DNA of 64,000 nucleotides from Lepidodermella squamata (GCA_047495785.1 JBLDXI010000015.1:310001-374000), one strand, 5' to 3'; positions 36,981-50,449 are shown, counted from the first letter of the stretch. The notes: generated by a model not told the origin, from the letters alone. A program made the numbers and translations.

Positions 36981-37681
36981 CCAGGTTCACTGACCTCTTT
37001 CCTCTATACTGATAGAGGATATATTTGAGAATGCGCATTGTTTTCAATTTATTTTCCCCGCACCTTTACGAGCTGTGATGTGCTGCAGGTAATCTGATCC
37101 ATTTTGGACTTGTCTTCGCTCTACATGAAAGGAAACTCAATAGCCTGTTTCTCACCGACAGCTAGCTCTTAGGCACAGTTTTTTCCTGTCAATTTTCAGG
37201 CAATGTCGGGGCTTATTTTTTTCCCGGTCATTTGAAAAATGAGGATTATGATGTATCATCTTACTCATTAGATCACTCAGTCTATGATTTCCGCTTCATT
37301 AATCTCCGCGACTAGACAACGCACCACAATTCACTATGTTAAGTACAATCGGACACAGTGACTCGCGAGAGGAACAAAAATCAATACTGTTACCCGAGTA
37401 GTCATTTCCGTGTTCAAAAGCGTATGTTCAAAATCGTGCGTTTTAAACACGAAGCAAAATTTTATTCCAGCACATTCAGAGTTGCTTTCACCGTCTGACG
37501 AGAGAAAACACCAGTATCATGCGACATAAACATGAACAGGCAAAAATGAAAATAACAATAATATGTGATAAACAAAATTTGAGCCTTAACTGGAATAGTC
37601 ATAACAGTTTAGAAGGAAAACACAGCCTAACTCGTGACATTCAATTTTTTGTTCAAGTCATCCTTATAGCATTGCGGTTAC

Positions 37682-40296
37682 TCAGGCTATAATGCCAAGT
37701 GTGAATTTGACGCCGAGGGACAGCTCAGCTCGTCCGCAAAATTTAGCCCGACGCCTCAGAATCGAAGATGTACATTCGTCGAGCACGTGAGTGGTTATGC
37801 CGATGAGGTTCTCGACCACGTGAGCCTGGTGAATGACCTGTTGCGATTTCGAGCCATGAAGCTTGTGGCATATTGCAACGAAAGCTTTCTCAACGGATTC
37901 TCGTGCTGCGAGTAATTCAGGTGAATCATCCATTGCATTGGCGCCTTGAAACGAAACATACAAAAGCTTAGTTATATCGATCGAATACAGGCTGGGACAG
38001 TTTTGAAATTCATGCCCCAGGAGATTAAAACTTGACAAGCGCCAAGCTGCTTGATTTTACTTTATCTAATGACAAATTCTCCGATTCGGGTTTCAACAAA
38101 GCCACTTGCCTCAGTCCTATCAGGGTTTCTTCTAGTTTCTGGCACTGAGCGTTGCCCAGTGACGAAAATTCCAGAACCTATAGCTCTCTACTGTGCTTTA
38201 TTGATTTAATCAAACAACACAAACAGCCTGAGAATTCGTAGCATGAATTTACCTTGGAAAAGCAGCCGGCAAGTGAACAGAGCGGCCTCGACGAGATTCG
38301 GGTTCCATTTGCTCATAGCAGCCGCCAAGTTTTCTCCAGCAGCCCTTACTGGCTAGAAGTAATTCTTGATAATGCCCATCGAATTATATCAATAATAAAC
38401 TCACGCGAAGGTCGGGGTAGTGATCAAGAAACATAGGTAAAATATCAGGATTCGTTAGCATGATGCAGTTATTTCCGGGCAAGACTGAGTAAGCCGCACA
38501 AATATTCTTCCAGCCGCGAGACAGAAGATTTCGAACCGTGGATTCTTTTAAATGAAAGCAATCTGCACAGAACAGAAGTGTAATACTATACAATAAGAGA
38601 TAAGGAACTGAAAACAAAGCCGTTGATGGCTGGAAGGCTGAAAATTTATCTACTTATGATGCTATGATTCAGCTTGCGAATTACGGGGATACGAGAGGTC
38701 TAGACGAAAGAAAAATAAAAAAAAAATAAAAAATTTCGTCTCATAAACTCGGGAGCGAAAACAAAAACCTCATCCACCCCATCACATCGTGCATTCCACC
38801 TCTGCGATAAAAACCTAAAGTAAGGGAAGTCCCATTAAGGCTGTCAATCATTCCAAAAGAGCATGACCGGATTACAAGAGAGGGGCCGAATCACGTGAAT
38901 TTCTCAGGTGGCACCCCACTGCCTGTTAGAGGTTTGAAACTCGCATATATCGCGCAGTTTGACAGTTTAATCTACTTACTACATCGGGGATTTCTAGTAC
39001 TTTGCTTAAAAGCGGTTCTATACAATAGTTCGAGGTTAATTTCAATATAGAGCAGAAGTAAGGGAACGGCCCCGCCATAAGGCAAGTGTTGCGTTTTGAT
39101 TGATAAAATTGCAACGCAGCCATTTAAGCCAACATATAAGAGAACATGCCTTGAATCAGAACCTCCCATCACATCATGTAATCTGAGTGGAATCCACTTC
39201 ATTTACGGTTACCGGTTATATGTTTTGTCCATATAGGGTAATTTTTACTTACCTTGAACGCGGCTGGCAAAAACTGAACCCAGCTGCAAAACTCCTGAAA
39301 TATTGCCCATCAGAAGCTGCGCATTGAAGTCTCTGTCCCTCATTTGCTCCTTGCAGTATTGAAATCTCATCGGCAGCTAAAGAACATGGGTTTGAATAAA
39401 TCATATCGAATATTAGGCACAGTACTAACATGCTCCAGACTGTGAAGCTGTAACTGCATCTCGATTGCTTTCCGCAGAGTACCTTCCACTAGCGGGGAAT
39501 CAATTGTTGCAACTTCCAAGTTGATATTTAACACTACAGCATTGTGTTTCATCGCCATAAATTTACCTGCGGAAAAATGTAGGTTTTTCAAATCAAACTC
39601 ATGTAGTTTTTAAAGTATGGCCTACAAAGCCAAAACAAAAGCCTACAAAAGCAAATGTCGATTTGCTAATAATGTGTTCACAAACAGGGCGCGAAGTACG
39701 GGGGGAATGAGAAATATCGTTCCCCGCCCCCTCATCGATATCTGCAGGCCTAAGTTGAAAACCCCGGAGGAGCTCTTTGGCCATAAAATTGGGTACCGAA
39801 AATACCCCCTAGTCAGGGATGAGATATAACCATGCATGCCTCGAAGTGCACCTGTTGTCGAAATTATTCCTCCAACGCTTCTTCTTAGACCGGCTTTGCG
39901 ATGCGATGCGCGCAGGCCCGCCTAACTTAAGCGCGTGAAGGAAACCTAGGCGGGCCTGAAAATGAGCGAGCGATGCTTGAGAAAAGTAAAAGTGGAAGAA
40001 TTGAACCTACTCCTCATTCCGGTGTTGATGCATCTCTCGAAGCGGCATTTCGTGCACATGCTGCGCCGCATGGCCGAGTTGGTTTGCAAGCCGCTGGCGT
40101 TGTCGTGCCGGTGGAGGCATCGCAGCGACTGCCAGTGCTCGGCGTTTCGCCTGAAAAACTTGTGACACGCCGAGCAAACTCGCGGCTGGTAATCGCGTCG
40201 CTTTGCCACTGGAAGGCCGCAGACGTTGCATCGGTGAGGCTTCTGTTCTACTGCAGATTTTGCGACCGCCATCTGATATTCTGAATCCTTGTGCAT
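37682..40296 (-). CDS. Divergent nuclear receptor, paralog 9 (six exons)
   Basis: DBD nearly identical to paralog 6. LBD exons ~39566-39430, 39375-39253, 38562-38405, 38351-38252 and 37945-37682. Confidence 0.87.
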
Positions 40297-41299
40297 TCGT
40301 CGAGTTCAATGTTTTGAAAGATCTGATTTTATTTATTCATCTATTTATCAGATTTTACTTTTTACTGATATATAGAATGGCGGGAAAAGTGAACTTGACA
40401 CGATTGAAAAGACAGAATCGATGTCCTACTTATCTGCCTTTTAAATGATTCAAGATTGCTGTGAAATTGGCTAATGCGAATTTACCCACGCACCACACAG
40501 ATTCCTATTACCTAGGTCTAAAACTATAGAAGTTGTCCCCTGCGCTAGACGTCGTGCCATGCACTAAGCACTAAGACATATGACAAGTACTGAGTGACAT
40601 AATTAAGTAAATTTGGATCCGACATGCATTTCCAGAAACGCCTGCTTTCAGTGCTCAAGTTTTTCCGCTCTTGTCCGTTTAAAGACAAATATAAAGACAA
40701 GTAGTTTTGTCCCAGCCCAGGACAACACCCGACATTCTCGATTGACCCGAAAAATACAAATGCAGATAGCTGATTAAAGGGGAATTATCATGTAATATGG
40801 ATAGTGAAAGGTGAAAATTCGAAATTGACATTCGATTCACTGTAACGCTTTAAGAGCTATACTGGCAGAGGCGAATAAAGGGGATGAAAGCGAAATCAAA
40901 GCGAAAACACTTTTAAATACTTAATCAAAAATGTGTTCAATATTCACTAACATTCGTGCAAATCTACAATACTAAAATGAGAGCGTTTTCTCAAAAGTAG
41001 GTTTTTTGTCCGCCATTTCGTAACGGAAGGTGATAAGTGGAAAATAAAAACATGGTTGGATAGAGAATCAAATTGTTGGCATGCGAAAACTGTCAGAACA
41101 CTCGATCGCCGTCATTCGGGTCAACTTTTTAGCAAAAAACGCATATTTTGGGCTAGAGCCCCGGACGGCCCCAAGAAAACCGAGGGAAAATTTGAATTTT
41201 AGAAAATTGCAATTATCAGAATAAATATTAAATAAACAATATAACATGTTACCAAATTATTTTATTATCTTAAGTGAAAACGTAATAGCGCGATATTTA

Positions 41300-42720
41300 C
41301 GAATGTCGGCTACACCGACCTGTTCGCCGACGACACAACGATCGTGGCCCGTGGGAAGACGCCTGAAGAAGTCAAGGCGAAGCTAGAGGCGGACCTTCGC
41401 AGTATCGGCGATTGGTTACACGCCAACTGTCTCAAAGTGAATCGGGACAAATCTAATTATATGTTTTTGTCTAACCAACAGGCTTCTGCTCCAGAAATTC
41501 GATTCGGTGAAGTCGATCTGCCGCCACTTGACCACGTGAAAATCCTGGGAGTCTATCTGGACTCAAAGCTCACCATGGAAAAGCACGTCGATCATCTGAT
41601 CAAAGCCGCAAGAAGTGGTACCTACGCACTACGTAAAGCGGCTCGGCACACCGACCTGAAGACTCGAACAATGATGTACGACGGCATCATCGGGTCGAAG
41701 TTCAACTACTGCGACGCAGTCATCGATCAGGGCTGCAAGACCCAGCTGGATCGACTTCAACACGCGCAAAACAAAGCCGTTCGTGCCGTTCTCGACGTCA
41801 GTCCTGACGTGCCCGCCGATGAAGTTCTCGTGCGATTGCGATGGGTGAATCTGCAAGGCAAACGACTGGTCCACCTGGCTACAACCATGTGGAAGTGCAG
41901 CAGGGATCCTGAGACCCCCGAGGCACTCTCGTCGCTAGTCAAGCCGATGAACCAACAGCATGACCACAACACTCGAGGCGCCGCCACCGGGAAGTACGTC
42001 AAGCCATCGTGCAAGCTCGCCACAGGCCAGCGCTCGTTCCCAACCAAGGCCATCCAGTGGTGGAACCAGCTGCCAGCGAAGATCAGGCTGTCTGCTACCA
42101 CAAAGGCGTGCCGGCAAGCCACGCTCGAATTCCTACGCGAACAGGCCAAACACGACGCCATCATCAAGGCGAATAGCGAGCGAAAGAAGAAGGAACTCAA
42201 CGCCTCTCTGCAGCCGCAGGTCGCGTTCAATCCGTACTCCAAAGCCGCTTTCGTCTACAACTACGTGCCGAACTAAATGAGTTTTCCAAATTTCTATTTA
42301 TATTTTTCAAAGCCTATACTCAACCAAATGTAATATACTTTATTTTCTTTATAGCTCCGTCATTAAATTATCTTATATTTTGGCTCCGTGAATTACCTCT
42401 TGTAAATTATCTCTACTCTTGTAAATATTCCTCCAAACTAGTCTTTTGGTAGCTTTCTTGCTACGACGGCGTTTGTAGGCTTCGCTGAGTGAGTGGAAAA
42501 GCCACCTGGGCACTAATGCCTGGGCCCTGGAGAAACAGTCAGCAATAACTGGAGTACCAGGGGTAGGGATTTCAATTATGTAGTTATTAAACCAGTTTTC
42601 AAACTTTCCTAGAGCGTAAGCTCGCGATTTTCTCACAAGCTCCGCCTTAAGGTGAAAGCTTGAGTCCGTCAGGGCGAGGAGAAATCGTAAATCCTGATCC
42701 TGATCCTGATCCTGATCCTG
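41300..42720 (+). mobile_element. 5'-truncated CR1/L2-like LINE with intact ORF2 C-terminus and (ATCCTG)5 tail
   Basis: LFADDTT RT motif at ~41320, open frame to 42276 (WLHANCLKVNRDKS, KILGVYLDSKL, WWNQLP), then a 3' UTR and tandem ATCCTG x5 at 42691-42720. Confidence 0.92.
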
Positions 42721-43685
42721 ATATATTCCGATTTCGCGCCCGCGCGGTTAGTAAAACCCGGTTCCCAGCTCCCCACGAACTTTCACCCCGCACCTAAGAT
42801 TTGAGAATGATTCATTGCCTGATTCTTAGTAGTTAGTAGTTAGTAGATTACCGTTTATAGCGACAGTAGGGCATTCATGCTTACCAGTTCCAGGTTTCGC
42901 TAAGAATTCTACGATGTTATAAGTATATTGTATCTTACTAAGAATCTTTCGGAGATCAAACGGAGATCTAAGTATCTTGAGGGATCACTTACAAAGTATG
43001 TCAGGCTTAGCGCATACCTCAATATAGATCTATGTCAAATCAAACAGTTACATCGGGATGATTGAGGTTAGTAAGTTATCTTACCTATAGGCACATCCTC
43101 TTCGAGATCGAGGTGAAGATTTTAGAAATGCATGTCTCAATTGTACTCTTACAAGTCTCAGATCAATTGAAATTGTTCCTAACTGGGAAATGAGATCAAT
43201 AATGTTAAATCTTGGCGCTACCAAGATTGAACATTATAAGCTTACTTTCTTAACACAAACTCAATACTCAGTACTCGATAATGATAAGATTCTCAAAAAT
43301 GCTTAGACCTCTCATGATCAAAATCGTGAAATATACAGCTGGTAAATGTATCTGAGGGACATCTTTAGCTCACAATCTATACTGATCTTCAGTGACATGG
43401 ATGCCTAATTTTAATACAGGAGACGTCTTAACAATCCCTGAAAAGTGAGAGATGCAAGTTAGTCTGAACAGACTCAACTTGACAGACCCACGAGGTTAGG
43501 CATTGATTTGCAGCGTTTACCTTCATAGCGATACATGTTTATGTTTAGATCTAATGATATATACTAAAGTTGATTGCTGATTAGTTGCTGAAGTCCGTGT
43601 CCACTCAGATAAGTTGATTTCACTCCAAGAAATATGTATTCTTTGTGGTTCCTTTATTTTTCCAAAGGTGGACTAAATAGGATGG

Positions 43686-43717
43686 CCGGGCCGAAGGCTC
43701 GGCCCCAGAATTGCTAG
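43686..43717 (+). mobile_element. Helitron-like 3' terminus
   Basis: GC hairpin gggccga-aggc-tcggccc followed 8 nt later by CTAG|T; no 5' end identified. Confidence 0.55.
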
Positions 43718-43734
43718 TTTATGCTAAAGTTTCG

Positions 43735-44130
43735 TTGTTAGTTTTTCGTCGTTTCGTCGTTTCGCCACTTCGTCATCTTATACAAAAAACTGACTGAAAG
43801 AAAAAAATTGGGTAAAAGTGGATTCGAACCCGGGACCACTGGGTTTTGACGCACAAGGCGAAACCACTGAGCAATAGTGCTGGGTCATGGTAGTCGTTCG
43901 GCATTTTTGTATACTAAACGAACGCTACACTTTTGTTTTTTGCTTTTTGCAAATCGTTTTTTGCCGATTGCAGATAGAAAGCCTCCTATTATTGTATAGT
44001 GGCTCAAATCCATGGTTCTTATCCTTACTGTTCCGGGATCAAATCCTCCTTTTACTCCCTTTTTTCGTTTCGTAAGTTTTTTTGTAAAAGATGACGAAGT
44101 GACGAAACGACGAAGCAACGAAAAAAATAA
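43735..44130. repeat. Palindromic element with outward-facing tRNA-like (Pol III A/B box) arms
   Basis: Imperfect ~150-bp inverted arms. The left arm on the minus strand has tgctcagtgg and ggttcgaatcc followed by a T-run; the right arm has tgtatagtgg and gggatcaaatcc followed by a T-run. Confidence 0.65.
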
Positions 44131-44663
44131 CGCCTCAGGACTAGCAACTAGCTATTTATACCACGTGACCACGCGGACTTTGATCCTGCATCCTGCAATA
44201 CGGAAACGTGATGCATTAGGTCCAAGTTACCTAAGTCTTTACCTATATAATAAAATATAACAAAATCGATCTTAAAAGACTCGATCCATATATATTTTAA
44301 TCATAAAAAACAAAAAACAAGCAAAAAAATTTTCCCATCCCCGGCAGCTCCGGGATCGAAGATCGCTCCCTGCTCCGAGCCCAGTTATAGTTTTCAACTT
44401 ATATTAGACTTTTTTATGGTGCAGAAAAAAATGGAGCCGAGACGCTCTCTCTATGATACTGTTAAGGGCGGGCCACAAACGCGTTTCAAATCACCAAATC
44501 AATCGTTAACATTAAAATCGCCGTGCTTGCTAGCATTTTTTGCAAACAATCATGATTTGACGATATTTATGCTTATTTGAATTTGACGGGACCCATGCCA
44601 CAAACGAATATTCAAATAAGCTTATTCATATAAGGTTTTTTTTGCTATCACACGACGACGAAG

Positions 44664-44953
44664 AAAAAAAGAAACGGAGCCTTGTGAAATCGACCTTGCG
44701 TTCTTTGGTAATTGAGGCTAGTGCTCAAACCAATGCGAGCAAACATGAAGGGTTGTAAGACACGCGACCTATTTGCATACTCACGACAATTTTTTTGCTC
44801 GATAAAAACTTGGACGAGGTCGTTGTTCCTAGACAGAAAAAATAAAAAAAAGTTGGTATTCACAATTGTGGCGTAATTGCTCATTGGTTTGAGGACTAGC
44901 CTCGATTACCAAAGAACGCAAGTTCGATTCCGCAAGGCTCCGTTTCTTTTTTT
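44664..44953. repeat. Second palindromic element with outward-facing tRNA-like arms
   Basis: 44877-44953 (tgctcattggtttgaggactagcctcgattaccaaagaacgcaagttcgattccgcaaggctccgtttctttttt) is inverted at 44664-44743. Confidence 0.7.
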
Positions 44954-45454
44954 CCAGTCTCCAGTGTCTGCATTTATGCAATTCATAATTTGGGATAAAT
45001 GAATGAAAATCCTCTTGAAGATTGAGTACCAACTTACTTCATAGATTACCTGTAAGTTCCAGGCGATTTCCGCTTCATCGATCTCCGCGACTAAACAACG
45101 CGAGACGTCTCGAGACTATGATATTATGTACAAACCGGACGGAGACTAGCAATCAGCTGGGCAAGTGACAAAAAATTCCTTGTTTTCATTTCACATAAAA
45201 AACGAGCGTTATAAACACGATGAAAATTGTATTTTGGAACATCCAAAGTTGTTAACGACGAGAAACCATACCAGTAGCAATCAGCTAGCAGAACGCGGAA
45301 TAAAACAGTGAAAACTAATAACGAATATGAATGAACACCATTCGAGGGGTTCTGGAATAGACATGCCTCATAACAGCTGATGAGATTATAACAAGCGCAG
45401 CTTAATGTTTCACAACTCGTTGCATTCAGTTTGCTGTCGAAGTCTCTCGGTTGA

Positions 45455-47416
45455 TCAAATAGTTGTGATGCCAAGTGTGAATCTCGCGCTGAGCGGCATT
45501 TCAGCTCGACCGCTGAATTTGGCCCGACGCATCAAAATTGACGAAGCACATTCGTTGAGCACGTGCGTGGTTATGCCGATAAGATTCTCAACCACGTGAG
45601 CCTGATGAATGACCTGCTGCAATTGCGACCCATGCAGCTTGTGGCTTATTGCTACGAAAGCTTTCTCAACGGATTCCTGCGCCGTTAGCAAATCGGGTGA
45701 ATCATTAATTGCATTGGCGCCTTGAAATAAAATATTATACAAAAGCTTAGTTATATCGAACGTAAATTGACTGGCATTGTCAAATAGTATAAATCTTTCC
45801 TCTGAAAATGTTACTTCCGTCTATTCTCTATGTTCTCTATTCTACTATGTTGAATTGAAACAGACACGAAAATCTTGAGAATTCGTAGCATGAATTTACC
45901 TTGGAAAAGCAGCCGGCAAGTGAAAAGTGCGGCCTCGACGAGATTTGGGTTCCACTTGCTCATAGCAGCCGCCAAGTTTTCTCCCGCAGCGGTTACTGGC
46001 TAGAAACAATTTTATTATATAACCTGTCAAATGATGTCTATAAGAACTCACACGAAATTCAGTATCCTGATCGAGAAACGTTGGTAGGATTTCAGGATTT
46101 ATTTGCATGAAGCAGTTGTTTCCGGGCAGGATTGAGTATGCCAAACAAATGCTCTTCCAGCCGCGAGCCAGAAGAGTTCGAACTGTAGATTCTTTTAAAT
46201 GAAAGCAATCTGTGAAAAGAGCAGAACAGAAGTATAGTATGTACAATGCAAGTTGCGAATAGTTTGCCAAACGCCGTATACTCTAATAAGAGTAGGTTTT
46301 TTTCAGCCAGTACGTAATAAGGATGAGCTATAGAACAATCGAGACGGATGATCTTAGAATTCAAAGACCTAGAAGAAAATATAGTAATATAGGGGTTGAA
46401 CCTCGGCATTCGGCATCACATGTACGGTATACGTTAAAATCCACGGCGCTTAAAACGTTAAGCTGAACCGCTGAACACCCATCACAACATTTGATCTCAG
46501 GTGAAATCTACTTCCTTTACGGTTATATGTATGTTTAGCCTTGCGGCTCTGGTTTGCTTACCTTGAATGTGTCTGGCAAAAACCCAACCTAGCCGCAACA
46601 TTCCAGAAATATTGCCAATCAGAAGCTGCGCAGTGAAGTCACCGTCGCGAATTTGCTCCCTGCAGTATTGAAATCTCATCGGCAGCTAAAGAACATGGGT
46701 TCGAATAAATCATATCGAATATCAAGCACAGTACTAACATGATCCAGACCGTGTAGTTGTAACTGCATCTCGATTGCTTTCCTCAGCGTACCTTCTAATA
46801 GCGTACCTTCAATTGTTGCAACTTCCAAGTCGATATTCAGCTCTGCAGCATTCCGTTTCTTAGCCATAAATTTACCTGAAAATAACCGTAATTTTCAAAT
46901 ATATTTGATGAGGTATTGATTCCAGAGCATTCAATTAGCAAAGAAATGCGTTATTAGCAAGCCAAATAAACAAAAATTCAGGTTAAATAACGGGGAACTA
47001 GAAAATAAATTGTGGATTATTCTAGCAACGCTTCTTCCGGAGCCAGCTTTGCGATGCTTGAGGAAAGTAAAAGTGGAAGAATATAACTCACTCCTCATTC
47101 CGGAGTTGATGCATCTCTCGAAGCGGCATTTCGTGCACATGCTGCGCCGCATGGCCGAGTTGGTTTGCAAGCCGCTGGCGTTGTCGTGCCGGTGGAGGCA
47201 TCGCAGCGACTGCCAGTGCTCGGCGTTTCGCCTGAAAAACTTGTGACACGCGGAGCAAACTCGCGGCTGGTAATCGCGTCGCTTTGCCACTGGAAGGCCG
47301 CAGACATTGCATCGGTGAGGCTTCCCATCTACAGCAGATTTTGCGATCGCCGGGTTGTCTTTAAAATCCTTACTATCCTCTGTCATTTCTTGAGTTCTGA
47401 TAGGTACAAATTTCAT
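45455..47416 (-). CDS. Divergent nuclear receptor, paralog 10 (six exons)
   Basis: DBD nearly identical to paralogs 6 and 9. LBD exons lie in ORFs 46676-46867, 46497-46679, 45896-46270 and 45455-45742. Confidence 0.87.
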
Positions 47417-47754
47417 TTGGCTTTTACCAAAAATTGCGCGGCTGGAAACGTGAAATTTGACACGATTAAAAAGACAGAATCAAAGTTGTTGTGAAAGCAG
47501 ATTTGCCCACTTAGCGCATGGATTCCTTTTACCTGAGATTCAAATTTTCTAGTAGTATTCTCCTGCGCTAGACGTCATGCACTGCACTATGACAAGTACG
47601 TGAGGACACAATCAAGTTTATCGAATCCGACGTGCACTTCCCTGTTTTCAGCAACTAATAAAAATTCGCTAGAAAGTTAGGTGCGTTTTTCCTGTCCGTT
47701 CAAAGACATGTAGTATTTTAGTCCCCCGCAAGACAAAACCTGGAAAGGCTGGGT

Positions 47755-48530
47755 TCATGGCGGAATTATTCATCTGCGGGAGAAAAAATATTTGACGGCG
47801 GTTCTGGGGGTTTTAGAGGGCCCTGATCACGATTTTGAAACCCGCTTATCTCTATCTATCACCGTTAATGCTGTACAAAAACTGGCCGAAATCGTCCTAT
47901 CCGCCCAGCTGATTTCAGCAGATTTTTCGAACACCCTAATTTCTGTGTCAGGTGCCTTCAGCTTTGGAATTTTAGATTATAACTTACTCCCATGAATGTC
48001 CCCAAGATTCTTCCTCACTTAAATCGCCGGAAACATTCAGTTTAAAAAAGTTTCAGAGGCTCAGCATTCAGATCTGAATTCAGCTTTTCCAGTTTTTGCC
48101 CGCGACAGTTTTTGCGGCACAAAAACCACGCACTCCGCCTGTATGAGTCCTGGCGGATAGGACGATTTCGGCCGGTTTGATTAAATCTTAATAGCTTCGT
48201 CATTTTTAATTTCCAACTCGAGAAAATTCACACAGAGGTCAATGAGACTATGGCGGACACGGTGGTATTTTTTGTTGGATCAAAAAATGATCAGAACCGT
48301 ATGAAATTTCAAGTTGAAAAAAATTGAAATTTCAATCTCAGGTTGACTATTTTCAAATTGCTTGTATGTCCTGACCATGCAAGATAACGGCGCCCTAGTC
48401 TTAAAACCTTGTAGCCAACATCGAAAAGTAATATTCCTGAAAAGGGCGATCAAAAATTCATCGAATTCAATTTTCTGTGAATTTTAAAAGTCGAAATTCC
48501 GAAATCGTCCTTCCCGCCGTGAAAGGGTTA
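47755..48530 (+). repeat. Dispersed non-coding repeat family (other copies at ~51850-52310, 30950-31085, 31790-31880)
   Basis: Shared blocks ggcggaattatt..gcgggagaaaaaatatttga, cgtcctatccgcccagctgatttca, gctcagcattcagatct and aaaagggcgatcaa. Confidence 0.7.
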
Positions 48531-50449
48531 ATACAGGCTGGCGCTGAAAGGGGTGACGATGCCAACGGGGATAATTTCATATTCTTCTGAAGTTTCCGAA
48601 GATTCGCCCTTCGCAGTTTCTCGTTTCGGGCTACGGTGCTTGCCAGCAAGTTGAGAAAATAATTTATTAGTGGATTGCACGACTAAATTGTTTCATCCCG
48701 GAGTCATAGCAACAATAAATTGACCAATCAGCGCGCGGGTCAAAGTGCTACTTACTACTTGAAGCACAATGTTTGAGATATCGACTTCTTCGATTGAAAA
48801 GAAATAAAAAAACACCACTCGGTTTGAAATGTCAAAGGGCTTGGAAGTTTTACGCGCACTCCAATTCCGCATTACCACGTGCTATAATTATGCATATGAT
48901 GCTAGCACGGCAATAAAGTGCCTTTTAAGTGTTCAAGTTCATTGCGTCGTTCAGTCATTATCACGAACGTTTGCGTTACAGTGCTCCCTCCATAAATGCA
49001 ATCTGTGTTAATGGAAAACCTCCATATTAGCAAGCGATTCTGATTTTGATGAATCAGCACACCATCTGGCGCCCATGACGTACACCCTTTTTCACGCGAG
49101 TGGGCGATCTCCACTGAATTATGTCAATGGCCCTCTCTAACTACAACTCCAACAAATGCAAACGCGTGTCTCCCGACCCTTTGCACATGGATGGCACATT
49201 GTAATTTGCGCTGTAACTATTTACGCGGAATCCAGATATCCAATTCAGTTTTAGAACTTCTCCATCAATAAAGACGTCGATACCCCGATACTTAATGAAG
49301 CCAATGTCTTTTAGACCAGTCAGTCACGGGAAAGACACGAAAAATAATCTGAAAAACCTCGCACAAACAGAACCCACGCACGATTTGAAAGAACCTTTAA
49401 CGAATTAAATAAAGGTTTCTTACCGTAAAATGTGAATCATTACGTCGCATGCTGAGGACTGTTAAATATGCTGTTAAATGATGGATTCGGGTATGTATTG
49501 ACACGCTTCGCGCCTGCCACGCATGGGTACATAACTGAAGCTTATAGGCACGCGAGATGTTAAGGGTCCGCGATATCAGTCCGTTTTCTGGCAGCACCCT
49601 ACGCAGGTTTATCGCCTATCGTTGCTGATGATGGTTTTCTCTGTTGTTACGGTAACTATTTTGCTCATTCTAGCAGCGATAGAAGCTGCCCCTCTCCCCG
49701 CTGGAGGAAGCGAGCTCAACACTGCTGAGCAAATAGAATTACTGGGTAATGCACTATAACACTTCTCTTCGGACTGAACTTAATTAAGAATATTTATATT
49801 CGCAGAATCGCGCGTGAAGATGTTGGTTGAGCGGAAAGACTTCAGAGGTTTAGTAGCGATGGTTCGAGAAGCTCGAGAGCGCCAGCGGCAAATGCGCATG
49901 GCCAAATGCGTTGCTGAACTACGATCCAGGTCGATTTGCAACCAAACGGCCGGCTTTTACGTTTGGGCTCAAATGCGAGCAAAGGAAATTCTCTCTGGCA
50001 ACTAGCACAGCAGTGAAAGCAATTCTAGACCAGCATCGACATCCTGCAAGGATTCACGCTATGATGTCGTATATAGACTTATATTTTACCCGACGTAACT
50101 TAGTATTCGCAACAATTTTTCGCTTTACCTATCACTATTTACGAAGCTGATAAAATTACTAACATCATCTTAGCGTTACACTATATTTTCCCCTCAAGAA
50201 TAAATCAATAAATTAACAATGATTAATGGACTATCAGAAATCGCCTGCAGCAGCACTTGTTCACGATTTCGTCAAAGAACATCGCGTAAAACTGTAAAAA
50301 CACCAAGAAACCCATGATACCGATTGTTATCCTCCGTTATTTCATCGGATTTCTTAAAGATTTGTAGAAAAATGCTTGTGTTTCTAAGGCAGTCAAAATG
50401 ACTCCGACCAAGGACTGCGGTATCGAAAATTGTTGTTTTCGTTACTTTC

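Noticed and set aside
41629-42280. Antisense and alternate-frame ORFs over the LINE
   Set aside because: By-products of the GC3-rich LINE ORF2.
43808-43880. Genuine tRNA gene
   Set aside because: A/B boxes are present but I could not fold a convincing cloverleaf, and the unit is one arm of a palindromic repeat; treated as tRNA-derived.
49620-50150. Possible small spliced gene (MLVERKDFRGLVAMVREARERQ...)
   Set aside because: Exon-like pieces are interrupted by stops and I recognise no domain; insufficient support.
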